From: Acidobacteriota bacterium
Lineage (GTDB): Bacteria > Acidobacteriota > UBA6911 > JACQSX01
Reading direction: 5' to 3'
NCBI GenBank assembly: GCA_036507075.1
Contig: DASXQR010000162.1
Location: forward strand, 1 to 25,546
Length of the DNA: 25,546 bases
Shown here: piece by piece, positions 7,771 to 15,840 of the stretch
Position numbering within the stretch: position 1 is the stretch's first letter
Layout: each line of letters opens with the position of its first letter
The notes under the pieces: generated by a model
Seen by the model: the letters and a program-made list of their open reading frames with translations, nothing else
What the model was told of the DNA's origin: nothing
The model's database searches: none
Program-made: the position numbers and the translations under genes

Positions 7771-8789
7771 AGCAGTGCCCGCGCCAGATCGGCGTACAGT
7801 TGAACTCCACGACTTAATTCCTGCTTGGAGATTTTTTCCTGCAATGTATGAGCGTCATCGATACAGCCAGGGCCGAGCAGCAGCGGCTCTCCAAAATGAG
7901 TCAGAAACGGAATATCGGTCGTATACGCCATGGGAGCAGTTTGGAATTCCGCCATGCGCTTGAGGCGCAGCGGCGGCACCTCAAACTCGAAATTCACTTC
8001 AGCCAGGCCGCCCACCCGCTGCAAAATCTCATTCTTCAAAACACCGCCGCCGTCAACCAGCCGGAACATCACCTCGGCAGTCGCAAAATCGGGAACGACA
8101 TTGGGTCGGGTGCCGCCCTGAATTGTACCAAGGTTTAGCGTTTCCTCTCCCAGATCCGGGTCTGTTCGAAGCTGAAGACTCCGTATCCTGTGGAGAGCTT
8201 CCAGCAGCTTTTCGATCGCATTGACCCCCAGATGAGGATAGGCCGAATGGGCGGAAACCCCGCTCGCCGTCAGTCTGCAGCGCAGCGATCCTTTGGTGCC
8301 GCTGGCGAGAACGTTTTCGGTCGGCTCTCCATTAATCAAGTAACGCAGGCCGCCGAAGAAGGGTTGCTTTTCTACCCATCGATTAGCCGCGATGGCTCCG
8401 GCGCTGTTTCGTTCTTCGCCCACGACGAACAACAGGCAGATGTTTTCAATGCCCTCTTCCCGGAAGAGCTTTTCAGCGGCCGAAACCTGCGCGGCGGCGA
8501 TGCCCTTGGCGTCACAAGCCCCACGACCGTAGATAAAGGCCTCATCTTCGGCCAGCTCCACATGGGGCGGCACCGTATCGATGTGCGTTGAAAACACAAC
8601 CTGCGGCGCGCCGCGCCGGGCAAACACGTTCCATCGTCCTTCCTCAACCGGCAGCTTCTGTGCTGACCATCCATGGTCCCGAAGATAGCCGTATAAAAAA
8701 TCGGCGGCCGGGCCTTCGCACCCTGTCGTGGATTCGATGGCGACGAGCTTGCGGGTGAGCTCTTCGACCTCGCTTGAAGCTGTTTGCAT
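7761..8789 (-). CDS. M20 family metallo-amidohydrolase (ArgE/DapE-like)
   Basis: Metal-ligand motifs STHIDTVPP, GRGACDAKG, VGEE, NGEPT, DAHT; also AHSAYPHLG and G..PNVVP. First gene of the dap cluster. Confidence 0.92.
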   Translation of the reverse strand: MQTASSEVEELTRKLVAIESTTGCEGPAADFLYGYLRDHGWSAQKLPVEEGRWNVFARRGAPQVVFSTHIDTVPPHVELAEDEAFIYGRGACDAKGIAAAQVSAAEKLFREEGIENICLLFVVGEERNSAGAIAANRWVEKQPFFGGLRYLINGEPTENVLASGTKGSLRCRLTASGVSAHSAYPHLGVNAIEKLLEALHRIRSLQLRTDPDLGEETLNLGTIQGGTRPNVVPDFATAEVMFRLVDGGGVLKNEILQRVGGLAEVNFEFEVPPLRLKRMAEFQTAPMAYTTDIPFLTHFGEPLLLGPGCIDDAHTLQEKISKQELSRGVQLYADLARALLRQ

Positions 8790-8848
8790 GAGGAAGACAA
8801 TGTACAGTAAGGGCCTGCGAAAAGGGAAGGTTTGATCATCTGGGATTT

Positions 8849-8935
8849 GAGCACGAATTACACGAATTTCACGAATTACACGAATCTTTTAAGTAACTTC
8901 GTGAAATCCGTGGAAATTCGTGGAAATTCGTGTTC
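8849..8935. repeat. Inverted-arm element, CACGAATTA/CACGAATTT family
   Basis: Left gagcacgaattacacgaatttcacgaattacacgaa; right ttcgtgaaatccgtggaaattcgtggaaattcgtgttc. Confidence 0.88.
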
Positions 8936-8945
8936 GATAGCGGGC

Positions 8946-9680
8946 TCAATATCGGGAGCGGTAAAAGAATTCGTCACGGGTGATTACACCGTCCCTATTT
9001 CTATCCAGCCGCTCGAAATCTCTCATGCTGCCGTGCCATTCATTGGGTCTGATCAGCGCGTCGCCGTTGCGATCCAGGGATGCAAAACTGTCGACGCGGC
9101 GGGTATCGATTCGCCCGAAGAATTCGTCGCGCGTCAGCAGGTTGTTGCGGTCAACATCCAACCGGCCAAACAACGCGTCGTTGCGGAATTCATCGCGCGA
9201 CACCAGCCCGTCATTGTTCAAGTCTAAGCGACGGAAGCGGTCATCGGAAATAATGACATTGTTTCGGACCCTTCCTCGCGCTCCGGCCCGGGCTTCATCG
9301 CCGGAAAGAACGCCGTCGCCGTTCCGGTCATGGACAGCGAACGAATTGTCATTTCCGCGCCACTCGTCCCGCGTGATCACGCCGTCGCCATTACGATCCA
9401 TCCCGCGGTGTCGAATGTGGCCGCCTTGCACGCGCGCAGCGTTGGGGCCATAAAAAACGCGATTACCTCGCTCGACCCGGACAACCTCGCCTGCGTTCCG
9501 ACCCCGGTGTCGAAAGTCATTGTCTCGCTGTTCGAATTTCAACTGTTTTTCTACTTTGTTCTCCTTGAAATGCCCTTTGCCATGGCCCTTTCCGCCCTTG
9601 TCCGCGAGTACGGGAGACATCACAGCGGCGGCTGCAAAAGTGATCAAAAAGCATCGACTTAACAGTACCGTAAAACGCAT
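8946..9680 (-). CDS. Secreted multi-EF-hand calcium-binding protein
   Basis: Signal peptide (MRFTVLLSRCFLITFAAAAVMSPVLA-D). Six EF-loop-like motifs: DRNGDGVITRDE, DRNGDGVLSGDE, DLNNDGLVSRDE, DVDRNNLLTRDE, DRNGDALIRPNE, DRNRDGVITRDE. GGAGG RBS. Confidence 0.88.
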   Translation of the reverse strand: MRFTVLLSRCFLITFAAAAVMSPVLADKGGKGHGKGHFKENKVEKQLKFEQRDNDFRHRGRNAGEVVRVERGNRVFYGPNAARVQGGHIRHRGMDRNGDGVITRDEWRGNDNSFAVHDRNGDGVLSGDEARAGARGRVRNNVIISDDRFRRLDLNNDGLVSRDEFRNDALFGRLDVDRNNLLTRDEFFGRIDTRRVDSFASLDRNGDALIRPNEWHGSMRDFERLDRNRDGVITRDEFFYRSRY

Positions 9681-9825
9681 AAAACCTCCTCAGTCAAACC
9701 CTTGCAAAACAAACATACACCTATAGTGTAAGATGAAATTCGTACTTGTGAAGTTTCAATAGATTACCGGAAATCGGCGTCAAGAAAATTCAGCAGTTGA
9801 TGTCAAAATTTGCCGACGTGATTTA

Positions 9826-9950
9826 GCCACGAAGACACGAAGGAAACGGATATCGCGTGACGTGACGTGACTCATTAATATTTGCAGGTATTTGTCGCCG
9901 TGTCACTTCGAAAGGACGGTTAAATCTTCGTGACTTCGCGGCTTCGTGGC
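9826..9950. repeat. Inverted-arm element, GCCACGAAG(ACACGAAG) variant
   Basis: Left gccacgaagacacgaag (9826-9842); right cttcgtgacttcgcggcttcgtggc (9926-9950); unique spacer between them. Confidence 0.82.
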
Positions 9951-9964
9951 AAGAGACTCTGTGT

Positions 9965-12202
9965 ATGACGATCAGGATCCGAGAAAAATCCTTCGCCCCA
10001 GCGATCCTTTCGTGTGCTGTTTTGGCGATCGGTCTTTCCGCCCCGCAGCAGGATCGTCTCCAGGTGCAGAGCCGGTTCTTTCCCGTGGCGGTCTGGTATG
10101 GGGGCGGCAAAGCACGCGCGCCCATGTTGGAGCCGGTAACGGCCGAGTCGCGCCGCTTGTGGCGTGAAGATCTGCTCAAGATCAGGGAGCTGGGTTTCAA
10201 TACGGTCCGATGCTGGATTGAATGGACGGCATGCGAGCCCCGGCAGGGAGACTTTCATTTTGAACAATTGGAGCTGATGCTCAGTCTTGCCGAGGAACTG
10301 GATTTGCGGGTGCTTGTCCAGGTCTACGTCGATTCGGCACCCGACTGGGTAGCCAGGAAGTATCCCGACAGTTTGTTTGTGGCGCAGAACGGCGCTGCAA
10401 TACGGTCACAATCGGCGCCCGGGTATTGCTTTGATCATCCCGGCGTGCGCAAAGGCGTGCTCGGTTTCTACCAGGAGGCGGCTCGCCGGGCGCGCAAAAG
10501 CAAGGCCTTCTTCGGATGGGACCTTTGGAGCGAGCCTCACATCATTAACTGGGCCATCATCGAATACATACCAAACGCCACCTTCTGCTATTGCCCGAAT
10601 TCAATAGAAAGGTTTCGCCGGTGGCTTCAGTCCAGATACGGAAGCCTGGATCATCTCAACGCGGCCTGGTATCGAAGATTTGATGACTGGAAGGAAGTCG
10701 AACCGCCCCGTTTTGGAACCATCCTTTCCTATACCGACTATATTGACTGGCGTGTGTACGTCGCCGACAAGCTCGCCGAAGACCTTCGGCTGCGCCATGA
10801 AGCCATAAAGCAGATCACACCGGACCGGGTCACCACCAGCCACGCGGCTGTGCCTTCGGTTTTCACCAATCCTGCCGCGGGCGACGGCACGCCGGATGAT
10901 TTCCTGATGAATCAAGTGGTCGACTACTGGGGAACCAGTTTTTATCCAAAGCATTCCTTTCCCTCGTCCCACTGGTCGCTGGCGCGAAGAACGCTGGCGA
11001 TGGATTTCACGCGCTCGGTGAGCGGCGACAAGGGGTTTTACGTGGGCGAGCTGCAGGCCGGATTCGGCACCAGAGGCGTGGTGGTAGGCGAAGAAATTAC
11101 CCCCGCTGATCTGGAGCTTTACACCTGGGGCATGGTGGCGCGGGGCGCTCGTGCCATCAGCTACTACGCGTTTTATCCGATGAGCTCAGGGTACGAATCG
11201 GGCGGGTACGGTCTGGTGGGACTGGACGGGGCGTTGACGGAGCGAAGCCGCCGCGCGGGCGACAACGCGCGCCGGATTGCATCAAATTCGGATCTTATTC
11301 TGGCGGCCCGTCCGGCCCCGGCCGAAGCGGCTGTCCTGTATAACCGGCTTTCGATTCTGGTGGGAGGGGAACAGACCTCGGGCAACCGCGCCGCATTGCG
11401 TGACTCGACGGCGGGCTATCATCGGATATTTTTTGAACGAAATATCCCGCTGGATTTCCTGAGCGCCTCTGTTTTAACGGAAGAGCAACTGAAGAAATAC
11501 AAGCTGGTGATTGTGCCGTACCCGATATTAATGACGCAGCAGATTTCCGACCTGCTGGCCCGCTATGTGGAGCAGGGCGGGCGCCTGTTTCTGGAGGCGA
11601 GGGCGGGATGGAATGACCAGCGAGGGTACGCCCAACCCGTGATTCCCGGCTTCGGCTGGCACAAAATTCTGGGAGTGCGTGAAAAATCGGTGACGCCGCG
11701 CGCCGAGTCGATGATCCGCTGGGGCGAATATTCCTTCCTGTCTTCGACCATGGAAGAACGCTTCGAAATCCTGAGCGACGCGGCCCGTGCCGTGGCCTCT
11801 TTTGAAGACGGCTCGCCGGCCGCCTTCGAACGCTCGTACGGGCGCGGCAGGGTAATCATATTGGGAGGGTTTGCCGGGCTGGCGAACGAGCTGAAACCGG
11901 CCGTCCGGCACCCTCTGGGGACATTTTTTGCGGAGTGGGCGGGACTGAAATCTCCCAAACTGACGGCGTCACACTTTGTGGAACTGCGCGAGCTGCACGC
12001 TCCTTTGGGAAGGATGGTGCTTTTCTTCAATCATGATTCGCAGCCGGTTCAGGCCGATTACACGGCGTCGCTGGATAAGCCGGCCGGAAAGATAAAGGAG
12101 TTGATCGGCGGCGCCGAGGTGACGCCCTCGGAAACTAAGGAACAGCGCCTCCGGACGGATTTGCCTGCAAACAGCGTGCGCGTGTTTCGCATCGACTATT
12201 GA
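9965..12202 (+). CDS. Glycoside hydrolase family 42-like (beta-galactosidase-like) with predicted signal peptide
   Basis: Motifs LGFNTVR, WTACEP.QG.F.F, PDW, WDLWSEP (acid/base Glu), CYC..S..RFR.WL..RYG.L..LN.AW, GELQAG (nucleophile), and a trimerisation-domain-like C-terminus. Confidence 0.88.
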   Translation: MTIRIREKSFAPAILSCAVLAIGLSAPQQDRLQVQSRFFPVAVWYGGGKARAPMLEPVTAESRRLWREDLLKIRELGFNTVRCWIEWTACEPRQGDFHFEQLELMLSLAEELDLRVLVQVYVDSAPDWVARKYPDSLFVAQNGAAIRSQSAPGYCFDHPGVRKGVLGFYQEAARRARKSKAFFGWDLWSEPHIINWAIIEYIPNATFCYCPNSIERFRRWLQSRYGSLDHLNAAWYRRFDDWKEVEPPRFGTILSYTDYIDWRVYVADKLAEDLRLRHEAIKQITPDRVTTSHAAVPSVFTNPAAGDGTPDDFLMNQVVDYWGTSFYPKHSFPSSHWSLARRTLAMDFTRSVSGDKGFYVGELQAGFGTRGVVVGEEITPADLELYTWGMVARGARAISYYAFYPMSSGYESGGYGLVGLDGALTERSRRAGDNARRIASNSDLILAARPAPAEAAVLYNRLSILVGGEQTSGNRAALRDSTAGYHRIFFERNIPLDFLSASVLTEEQLKKYKLVIVPYPILMTQQISDLLARYVEQGGRLFLEARAGWNDQRGYAQPVIPGFGWHKILGVREKSVTPRAESMIRWGEYSFLSSTMEERFEILSDAARAVASFEDGSPAAFERSYGRGRVIILGGFAGLANELKPAVRHPLGTFFAEWAGLKSPKLTASHFVELRELHAPLGRMVLFFNHDSQPVQADYTASLDKPAGKIKELIGGAEVTPSETKEQRLRTDLPANSVRVFRIDY

Positions 12203-12210
12203 ACGGCCCC

Positions 12211-12334
12211 AAATGCGGAATGAAGAATGCGGAATGTTGAATGCGGAATGCGGAATGTATTCTAGTTGAATTTCTTCGGCTAAGAGAGAGCCCCTCCCTT
12301 CTATTCCGAAATCCGCATTCCGAAATCCGCATTT
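12211..12334. repeat. Inverted-arm element, GAATGCG/CGCATTC heptamer family
   Basis: Left aaatgcg gaatgaa gaatgcg gaatgtt gaatgcg gaatgcg gaatg; right attccgaaatccgcattccgaaatccgcattt. Confidence 0.88.
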
Positions 12335-12354
12335 GACGGAAATCGACTTTCTGA

Positions 12355-13629
12355 TTGAACAGAATGGAAAGCCAAAGCCAGCACGAACTCGAATCGCGAA
12401 TACGACTGGGGGGCGGCAAAAAAAATATCGCCAGACAGCACGAAAAGGGGAGGCTGACCGCTCGCGAGCGAGTGGATAAGCTGATCGATCCGGATACCTG
12501 CTTTTTTGAGATCGGATTATGGGCGGCATGGGGAATGTACGAACAGTGGGGAGGCGCTCCGGCGGCGGGCCTGGTGTGCGGCGTGGCAAGAGTTTCCGGC
12601 GTTCGCCACATGATCATTGCCAACGACGCGACCGTGAAGGCCGGTTCCTTTTTCCCGATGACGGTCAAGAAAATGCTGCGCGCCCAGCATATCGCCATGA
12701 TCGCGCGCATACCCTTAATTTACCTGGTCGATTCGGCCGGCGTTTTCCTGCCGCTGCAGGATGAAATTTTTCCTGATCAGGACGACTTCGGCCGAATCTT
12801 CCGAAATAATGCCGTGATCAGCGCCATGGGAATTCCACAGACCGCCGCCATCATGGGCTCCTGCGTGGCCGGAGGCGCCTACCTTCCCGTGATGTGCGAT
12901 CGCATCCTGATGACCGAGGGAAGCGGCTTGTACATAGCCGGACCTTCCCTGGTCAAGGCCGCCATCGGACAGGACATCGACAGCGACCGTCTGGGCGGCG
13001 CAAAGCTGCACGCCTCGCTCAGCGGCACGGTCGACTTTCGCGAAGAAGACGAGCCGTCGTGCCTGGAGAAATTGCGCCGTCTGGCGGCCGCCTCAGGCGC
13101 GCCCAGAAGCCTTGTCTACGAGCGCGGCGTTGAAGGAGCGAGGCCGGTGGAAAACGAGCGAAAGCCGGACGGCGCCGTTTTCGACGCAATCGATGCCGGC
13201 ACGATTGAGTTCACCGTTGTGCTGGATGAGCCGGTACTGCTGATCGGCCTCAAGCCGGGCTTCTCGCGCCGGATCGATTTGCACTCCGCCAGGCGCGCCC
13301 TGGAGCGCGCGCGCAACGAAAAAACCATCCTGCTGCTCGACTGCAGTTTCGATCCGCAGTACGCGGAGGATTTGGCGGCGTTCAGCTCCTTTTCGCTGCA
13401 CATCGCGCAGCTCGACCTTGTTACCCTGGTGCACTTGCAAAACTGCGAGAACACAACAATCGTGCAGTTGGCGCGCTCGGTCAGACCGGCGCTGGTAGTC
13501 AGTCCCTATTCGGAGGCGGGCATCCAGGCGGCCAGATCTCTCTGGATCGATGTCCTCTATGCGCCGGAAAATTTCCCGGCGGTTCTTAAAGAAGGTCTGC
13601 AACTGTTGCGGGAGCAGGCCGGGCAATGA
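12355..13629 (+). CDS. Acyl-CoA carboxylase carboxyltransferase (MCC-beta-like) with intact N-domain and shortened, divergent C-domain
   Basis: Motifs GGG...RQHEKGRLTARERV..LID, IIANDATVKAG, YLVDSAGVFLP.QDEIFPD..DFGRIF, MGSCVAGGAY.P, AGPSLVKAA.G, LGGA.LH...SG. Similarity fades after about aa 245. Start is TTG 12355 or ATG 12364. Confidence 0.85.
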   Translation: MNRMESQSQHELESRIRLGGGKKNIARQHEKGRLTARERVDKLIDPDTCFFEIGLWAAWGMYEQWGGAPAAGLVCGVARVSGVRHMIIANDATVKAGSFFPMTVKKMLRAQHIAMIARIPLIYLVDSAGVFLPLQDEIFPDQDDFGRIFRNNAVISAMGIPQTAAIMGSCVAGGAYLPVMCDRILMTEGSGLYIAGPSLVKAAIGQDIDSDRLGGAKLHASLSGTVDFREEDEPSCLEKLRRLAAASGAPRSLVYERGVEGARPVENERKPDGAVFDAIDAGTIEFTVVLDEPVLLIGLKPGFSRRIDLHSARRALERARNEKTILLLDCSFDPQYAEDLAAFSSFSLHIAQLDLVTLVHLQNCENTTIVQLARSVRPALVVSPYSEAGIQAARSLWIDVLYAPENFPAVLKEGLQLLREQAGQ

Positions 13630-14492
13630 GCACCTTTTTTCTTGTGGAAACACCGCGGGACGCCTTTCAGGGGATTCGCGGCTTCATTCCGACCGATGAA
13701 AAGATCGCGCATATCCGGAAGCTGATAGCGGCGGGTTTCCACCGCATCGATTTTGGAAGCTTTGTCTCGCCCCAAGCCGTTCCCCAGATGCAGGACAGCG
13801 AAGACGTCTTGAAATCCATCCAGGACGCGGCCGGGCTGTATTTGATCGTTATCATCGCCAACGAGCGCGGATTGCAGCGCGCGCTGGCCGCCGGTAGAGT
13901 AAATGCGGTAGGATTTCCCTTCTCCATTTCGAATACGTTTCAACTGCGCAATACCCACAGGAGCATCGAGGACACATGGCCTTTGATGACTCGACTGGCC
14001 GAACAGTGCCGCGCCTCGGGCCTCGACTTCATCATTTATGTTTCAATGGCGTTCGGGAATCCTTACGCCGATCCGTGGTCGGCTGGGGACGTGGTCGAAT
14101 TTCTGCGGAAGCTCGGCGACGCCGGGGCAAAAATTGTGTATCTTGCCGATACCACCTCGGAAGCGACCGCCGCGCGGATCCGCAGTCTGGTGACGCGCTG
14201 CCGGTCTGAGTTTCCCGACCTGGAGCTCGGGGTTCATTTGCACAGCGATCCGGCGGGGTGGACGGAGAAGCTCGCTGCCGCGCTGGACGCGGGAATCTCG
14301 CGGGTTGACAGCGCCATGGCGGGCATGGGCGGGTGTCCATTTGCCCGCAGCGGGCTGGTAGGAAACATTCCGACCGAAGGCGTGGTGTCGTTGCTGCAGT
14401 CGCGCGGTATTTCGCTGGCGATCGACCCGGCCGCGTTGCAGGACTGCGTGCGCAGCGCGCGCCGGATTATGGAGCGTTACGGACATGGCTGA
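13626..14492 (+). CDS. Hydroxymethylglutaryl-CoA lyase
   Basis: Motifs ETPRDAFQG, GSFVSP.AVPQM.D, SMAFGNPY, LADT, GVHLH, GMGGCPFA, GNIPTE; ATGA overlap with the upstream gene. Confidence 0.94.
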   Translation: MSTFFLVETPRDAFQGIRGFIPTDEKIAHIRKLIAAGFHRIDFGSFVSPQAVPQMQDSEDVLKSIQDAAGLYLIVIIANERGLQRALAAGRVNAVGFPFSISNTFQLRNTHRSIEDTWPLMTRLAEQCRASGLDFIIYVSMAFGNPYADPWSAGDVVEFLRKLGDAGAKIVYLADTTSEATAARIRSLVTRCRSEFPDLELGVHLHSDPAGWTEKLAAALDAGISRVDSAMAGMGGCPFARSGLVGNIPTEGVVSLLQSRGISLAIDPAALQDCVRSARRIMERYGHG

Positions 14493-15264
14493 CCAGAAAG
14501 TTCTGATTCAAATTGAAGCCCCTGCCGCGGTTCTGACTCTCAATGACCCTGAGGTCCGAAACGCGCTCTCGGCGCAGTTGATTGCCGAGTTGGGGGACGC
14601 GCTCGATCGGATGGAAGGCGAACCGCAGGTTGGCGCGGTGATTGTAACCGGGCAGGGCAACGCGTTCTCGGCGGGGGCGGATCTGAGCGCATTGCAGAAA
14701 ATGACGGAATTCTCCGTCGAGCAGAGCCGGCAGGACTCCCTGCGGCTCCGGGATCTTTACCAGCGACTCTACCTTTACCCCAAACCAACAATTGCGGCCG
14801 TCAACGGCCATGCAATCGCGGGAGGCTGCGGTCTGATGAGCGTCTGCGACCTGAGTATTGCCGCCACGGGGGCGAAACTCTCCTACTCGGAAGTAAAGGT
14901 GGGCTTCATACCTGCTGTTGTGATGGTCTTTTTGATTCGCCAGGTGGGGGAAAAGATTGCCCGGGAACTGCTTCTGACCGGCAGGATCATCGATGCCGAG
15001 CAGGCGCTTGCCTACGGATTGATAAACGAAGTCGTGCCGCCCGAGAGCCTGCTGGATCGCGCGCGCCAACTGGCGCGGGAAATCGCGGCCAATTCGCCGC
15101 AAGCAGTGCGGTTGACCAAGGAACTGCTGTCGCGCCAGCCGGGTGTGGAGCTGTTTGAAGCGCTCAGCAACGCATTGAATATGAACGCGCTCGTGCGCAC
15201 TACCGACGATTTTCGCGAAGGAGTCAGCGCCTTTTTAGAGAAACGGAAGCCGGAGTGGAAGTGA
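14485..15264 (+). CDS. Enoyl-CoA hydratase/isomerase (methylglutaconyl-CoA hydratase-like)
   Basis: Motifs LNDPEVRNAL, AFSAGADL, KPTIAAVNGHAIAGGCGL...CD, SEVKVGF.PA, FREGVSAFLEKRKPEW. Confidence 0.94.
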   Translation: MADQKVLIQIEAPAAVLTLNDPEVRNALSAQLIAELGDALDRMEGEPQVGAVIVTGQGNAFSAGADLSALQKMTEFSVEQSRQDSLRLRDLYQRLYLYPKPTIAAVNGHAIAGGCGLMSVCDLSIAATGAKLSYSEVKVGFIPAVVMVFLIRQVGEKIARELLLTGRIIDAEQALAYGLINEVVPPESLLDRARQLAREIAANSPQAVRLTKELLSRQPGVELFEALSNALNMNALVRTTDDFREGVSAFLEKRKPEWK

Positions 15265-15297
15265 CCAAGAGCTTTCTCACCACAAAGGCCTAACGCG

Positions 15298-15365
15298 ACG
15301 GTGGGCCGCAACCAAAAAGCCGCCCACGTTCACGAGCACACGGTGGCCCTAAGGCCACAACCAAA
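15298..15365. repeat. Short imperfect direct repeat ACGGTGG...GCC(G/A)CAACCAAA between convergent genes
   Basis: acggtgggccgcaaccaaa (15298-15316) and acggtggccctaaggccacaaccaaa (15340-15365). Confidence 0.55.
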
Positions 15366-15420
15366 GGTGATGGAAAAAATCACGCGGCTTTGCCAAAAAA
15401 AACAAGAAGTTGCCAACTTG

Positions 15421-15717
15421 TTAGATCTCCATCCCCTGCAGCAAGCTCAGGAATTCCTCCCGATTGAGGGTTTGAGTCTCTTCCTGCTTCTTGATTACAA
15501 ATTCATTGGCTGTGCGGAGCACGGTCGCAGGATTGGGGCGGCCAATCATCTCGCCGGCTGGATTGAAGCTGCTGTACGCTCTGGGGTTGATAACGCCGTC
15601 GGCATCGATGTTGAGAAAGCCGATTTCTCGATTTCCAACTCGCAGCGTGCACGAGTGGAGCGCGCAAAATGTCTTCAGCCTGTCCAGCGTCAGCGCCGGT
15701 GCGGTTGTTTTATTCAC
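15421..15717 (-). CDS. Hypothetical protein (about 98 aa)
   Basis: GTG start at 15717 with upstream AGAGG; globular-looking composition; fills an otherwise empty gap. Confidence 0.6.
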   Translation of the reverse strand: MNKTTAPALTLDRLKTFCALHSCTLRVGNREIGFLNIDADGVINPRAYSSFNPAGEMIGRPNPATVLRTANEFVIKKQEETQTLNREEFLSLLQGMEI

Positions 15718-15840
15718 TGGGAACCTCTGTTCCGTCAATAGCTTTGGCAAAAAACACAATCAAATACCACGAAACCCGGATGTTGGCAACGATTCAGCAT
15801 CCTTTTATTGAGATGGCGGCGGCGGTAGAATCGATTCAAT

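Noticed and set aside
8790..8945. Lysine riboswitch upstream of the cluster
   Set aside because: The gap is short and mostly filled by the CACGAATT cassette; no L-box AGAGG/kink-turn pattern recognised.
9681..9825. Specific promoter or operator calls in the AT-rich divergent region (TTGCAA, tacacctatagtgta)
   Set aside because: -35/-10 spacing is not convincing and the palindrome is short and imperfect; promoters are likely present but cannot be placed.
13090..13629. Frameshifted pseudogene of the carboxyltransferase
   Set aside because: No alternative frame shows the canonical C-domain, the frame is open, it retains a terminal motif remnant, and it couples to the next gene.
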